Assembly: GCF_009914755.1 (NCBI RefSeq)
Contig: NC_060929.1
Source of the DNA: the human T2T-CHM13v2.0 reference genome, Homo sapiens
Direction: 5' to 3' (one strand)
DNA: 64,000 bases
The position numbers and the translations under genes are program-made. The notes beneath the pieces were generated by a model. That model worked only from the letters and a program-made list of their open reading frames with translations. It did not search any database and was not told the DNA's origin. Each line of letters starts with the position of its first letter. The first letter of the stretch is position 1. Positions 48,884 through 64,000 of this stretch are shown piece by piece.

Positions 48884-48968
48884 GATGGTGATTGCTCACA
48901 CCAAAGCCTTGGACCCCTCCCAGCCTGTGACCTTTGTGACCAACTCCACCTACGCAGCAGACAAGGGG
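48884..48968 (+). pseudogene. GUSBP: GUSB-derived exon 9 ([28 protein letters not shown])
   Basis: acag acceptor, GGG|GTGAGC donor; 85 nt. Confidence 0.93.
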
Positions 48969-49072
48969 GTGAGCCTGGGGGTCCCCACCCCATTTCTCCC
49001 TGCCTTTGCCTGGGCTTGTCCTGAAGCCTGCTCATGGGAACAGCTGGAAAGAACCATGTGCTGCCAGTCTGA

Positions 49073-49252
<180 letters not shown>

Positions 49253-49771
49253 TAATGACAATTCTCTCTCTGCTTACTCTCTAGGCAGTGTGGCTTTCTG
49301 AATTTAAGGAGGCTGGGCATAGGGAGATGGGATTTGTTTGCCCAGTTTGGACTCAGCATTTTTTGTACTCGATTTAATAGACTCATAAAATGTCAAAGGT
49401 TTAAGTGAGCTTAGAGTTCATCTGGCCCAAACCTGGCTGATCAGAATCTCCAGGGGAAGTTTTATTGAAATGCCAGATCTCTGCATTCTGAGATCCTGAT
49501 TTAGTAACTCCAGGGTTGGAACCTGAGTTTTTTTTTTTTTTTTTTTGTGAAGGCAAGGTCTTACTCTGTTGCTCTGGCTGGAGTGCAGTGGTGTGATCAC
49601 AGCTCACTGCAGCCTTGAATTCCTGGGCCTAAGCAACCCTCTTGCCTCAGCCTTCCAAGTAGCTGGGACTCCGGGTGTACACCACTGTGCCCGGCTAATT
49701 TTAAATGTTTTTGTAGAGATGGGATCTCACTATGTTGCCCAGGCCAGTCTCAAACTCTTGAGCTCAAGTGA

Positions 49772-50121
<350 letters not shown>

Positions 50122-50392
50122 TGACTGCATTGGCCCCTTGGGTGGGAGGGCTTCTCCAGGGCAAGGTGAGGGGATGCCCAGTGCTGGGAGTGCTGCCTGG
50201 AGAGGAGTCAGTTCCAGTGGCGGGGGCCCTGGGTTTTGGCTGAGGACTGCGTGTTGGCAGCTGCTCTGCCTCTCACAGCCCTTCCCAGCTGCACACGTCG
50301 TGAGCGTCAGTGTGCAATCACAGGCCTGCCTCCTTTGGGCCACTTTGTGACCATGTTTTTTGCTTGTGGGGCAGGGTAATTTCAGGATCTAA

Positions 50393-50740
<348 letters not shown>

Positions 50741-50799
50741 TGAGTACTGAGTCATGCGGTCTTGTGGTTGCTGAACGGGCTCTGCTGCTCTGGTCCTAG

Positions 50800-50974
50800 G
50801 CTCTGTATGTGGATGTGATCCGTGTGAACAGCTACTACTCTTGGTATCGCAACTACGGGCACCTGGAGTTGATTCAGCTGCAGCTGGCCGCCCAGTTTGA
50901 GAACTGGTGTAAGACATCACAATCCCATTATTCAGAGCGAGTATGGAGTGGAAACGCTTGTAGGGTTTCACCAG
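50800..50974 (+). pseudogene. GUSBP: GUSB-derived exon 10 with a 2-nt deletion
   Basis: cctag acceptor, CAG|GTAAGC donor; [36 protein letters not shown], after which PIIQSEYG lies in a shifted frame; 175 nt. Confidence 0.93.
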
Positions 50975-51039
50975 GTAAGCGGTGTTGAACTTTCTGCTTG
51001 TGTATTCTCTCTGGGCAGAGATGCCAACTTGCCTCTCCC

Positions 51040-64000
<12,961 letters not shown>

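Overview
Human (or very close hominoid) segmental-duplication mosaic; there are no prokaryotic-type features. 1-12.3 kb is AT-rich, L1/MaLR-rich gene desert. An Alu cluster then leads into a duplicated CpG-island promoter and exons 1-3 of WDR70 (+, 13356-15663; no exon 4 recognised). From 31387 there is a ~19.7-kb tandem unit, whose second copy starts at 51040 and runs off the window. The complete unit contains: (i) an intronless, minus-strand POM121-like ORF built from ~0.81-kb repeats (895 aa from the first ATG in copy 1; 1164 aa in copy 2, which has one extra repeat) ending in a hydrophobic tail; (ii) a co-oriented THE1 MaLR element upstream of that ORF; (iii) GUSB-derived exons 5, truncated 6, 9 and 10 (+), seen only in copy 1. 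This is a GUSBP/SMA-type duplicon locus, GUSBP1-like, but the exact paralogue cannot be fixed from sequence alone. Most striking: the four GUSB-derived exons sum to 540 nt, contain no stop and are phase-1 to phase-1, and WDR70 exon 3 also ends in phase 1. The layout could therefore encode a WDR70(58 aa)-[180 aa]n chimera across tandem units, or a stop-less circRNA. Gene and repeat-family names rest on recalled sequences, not on a database search.
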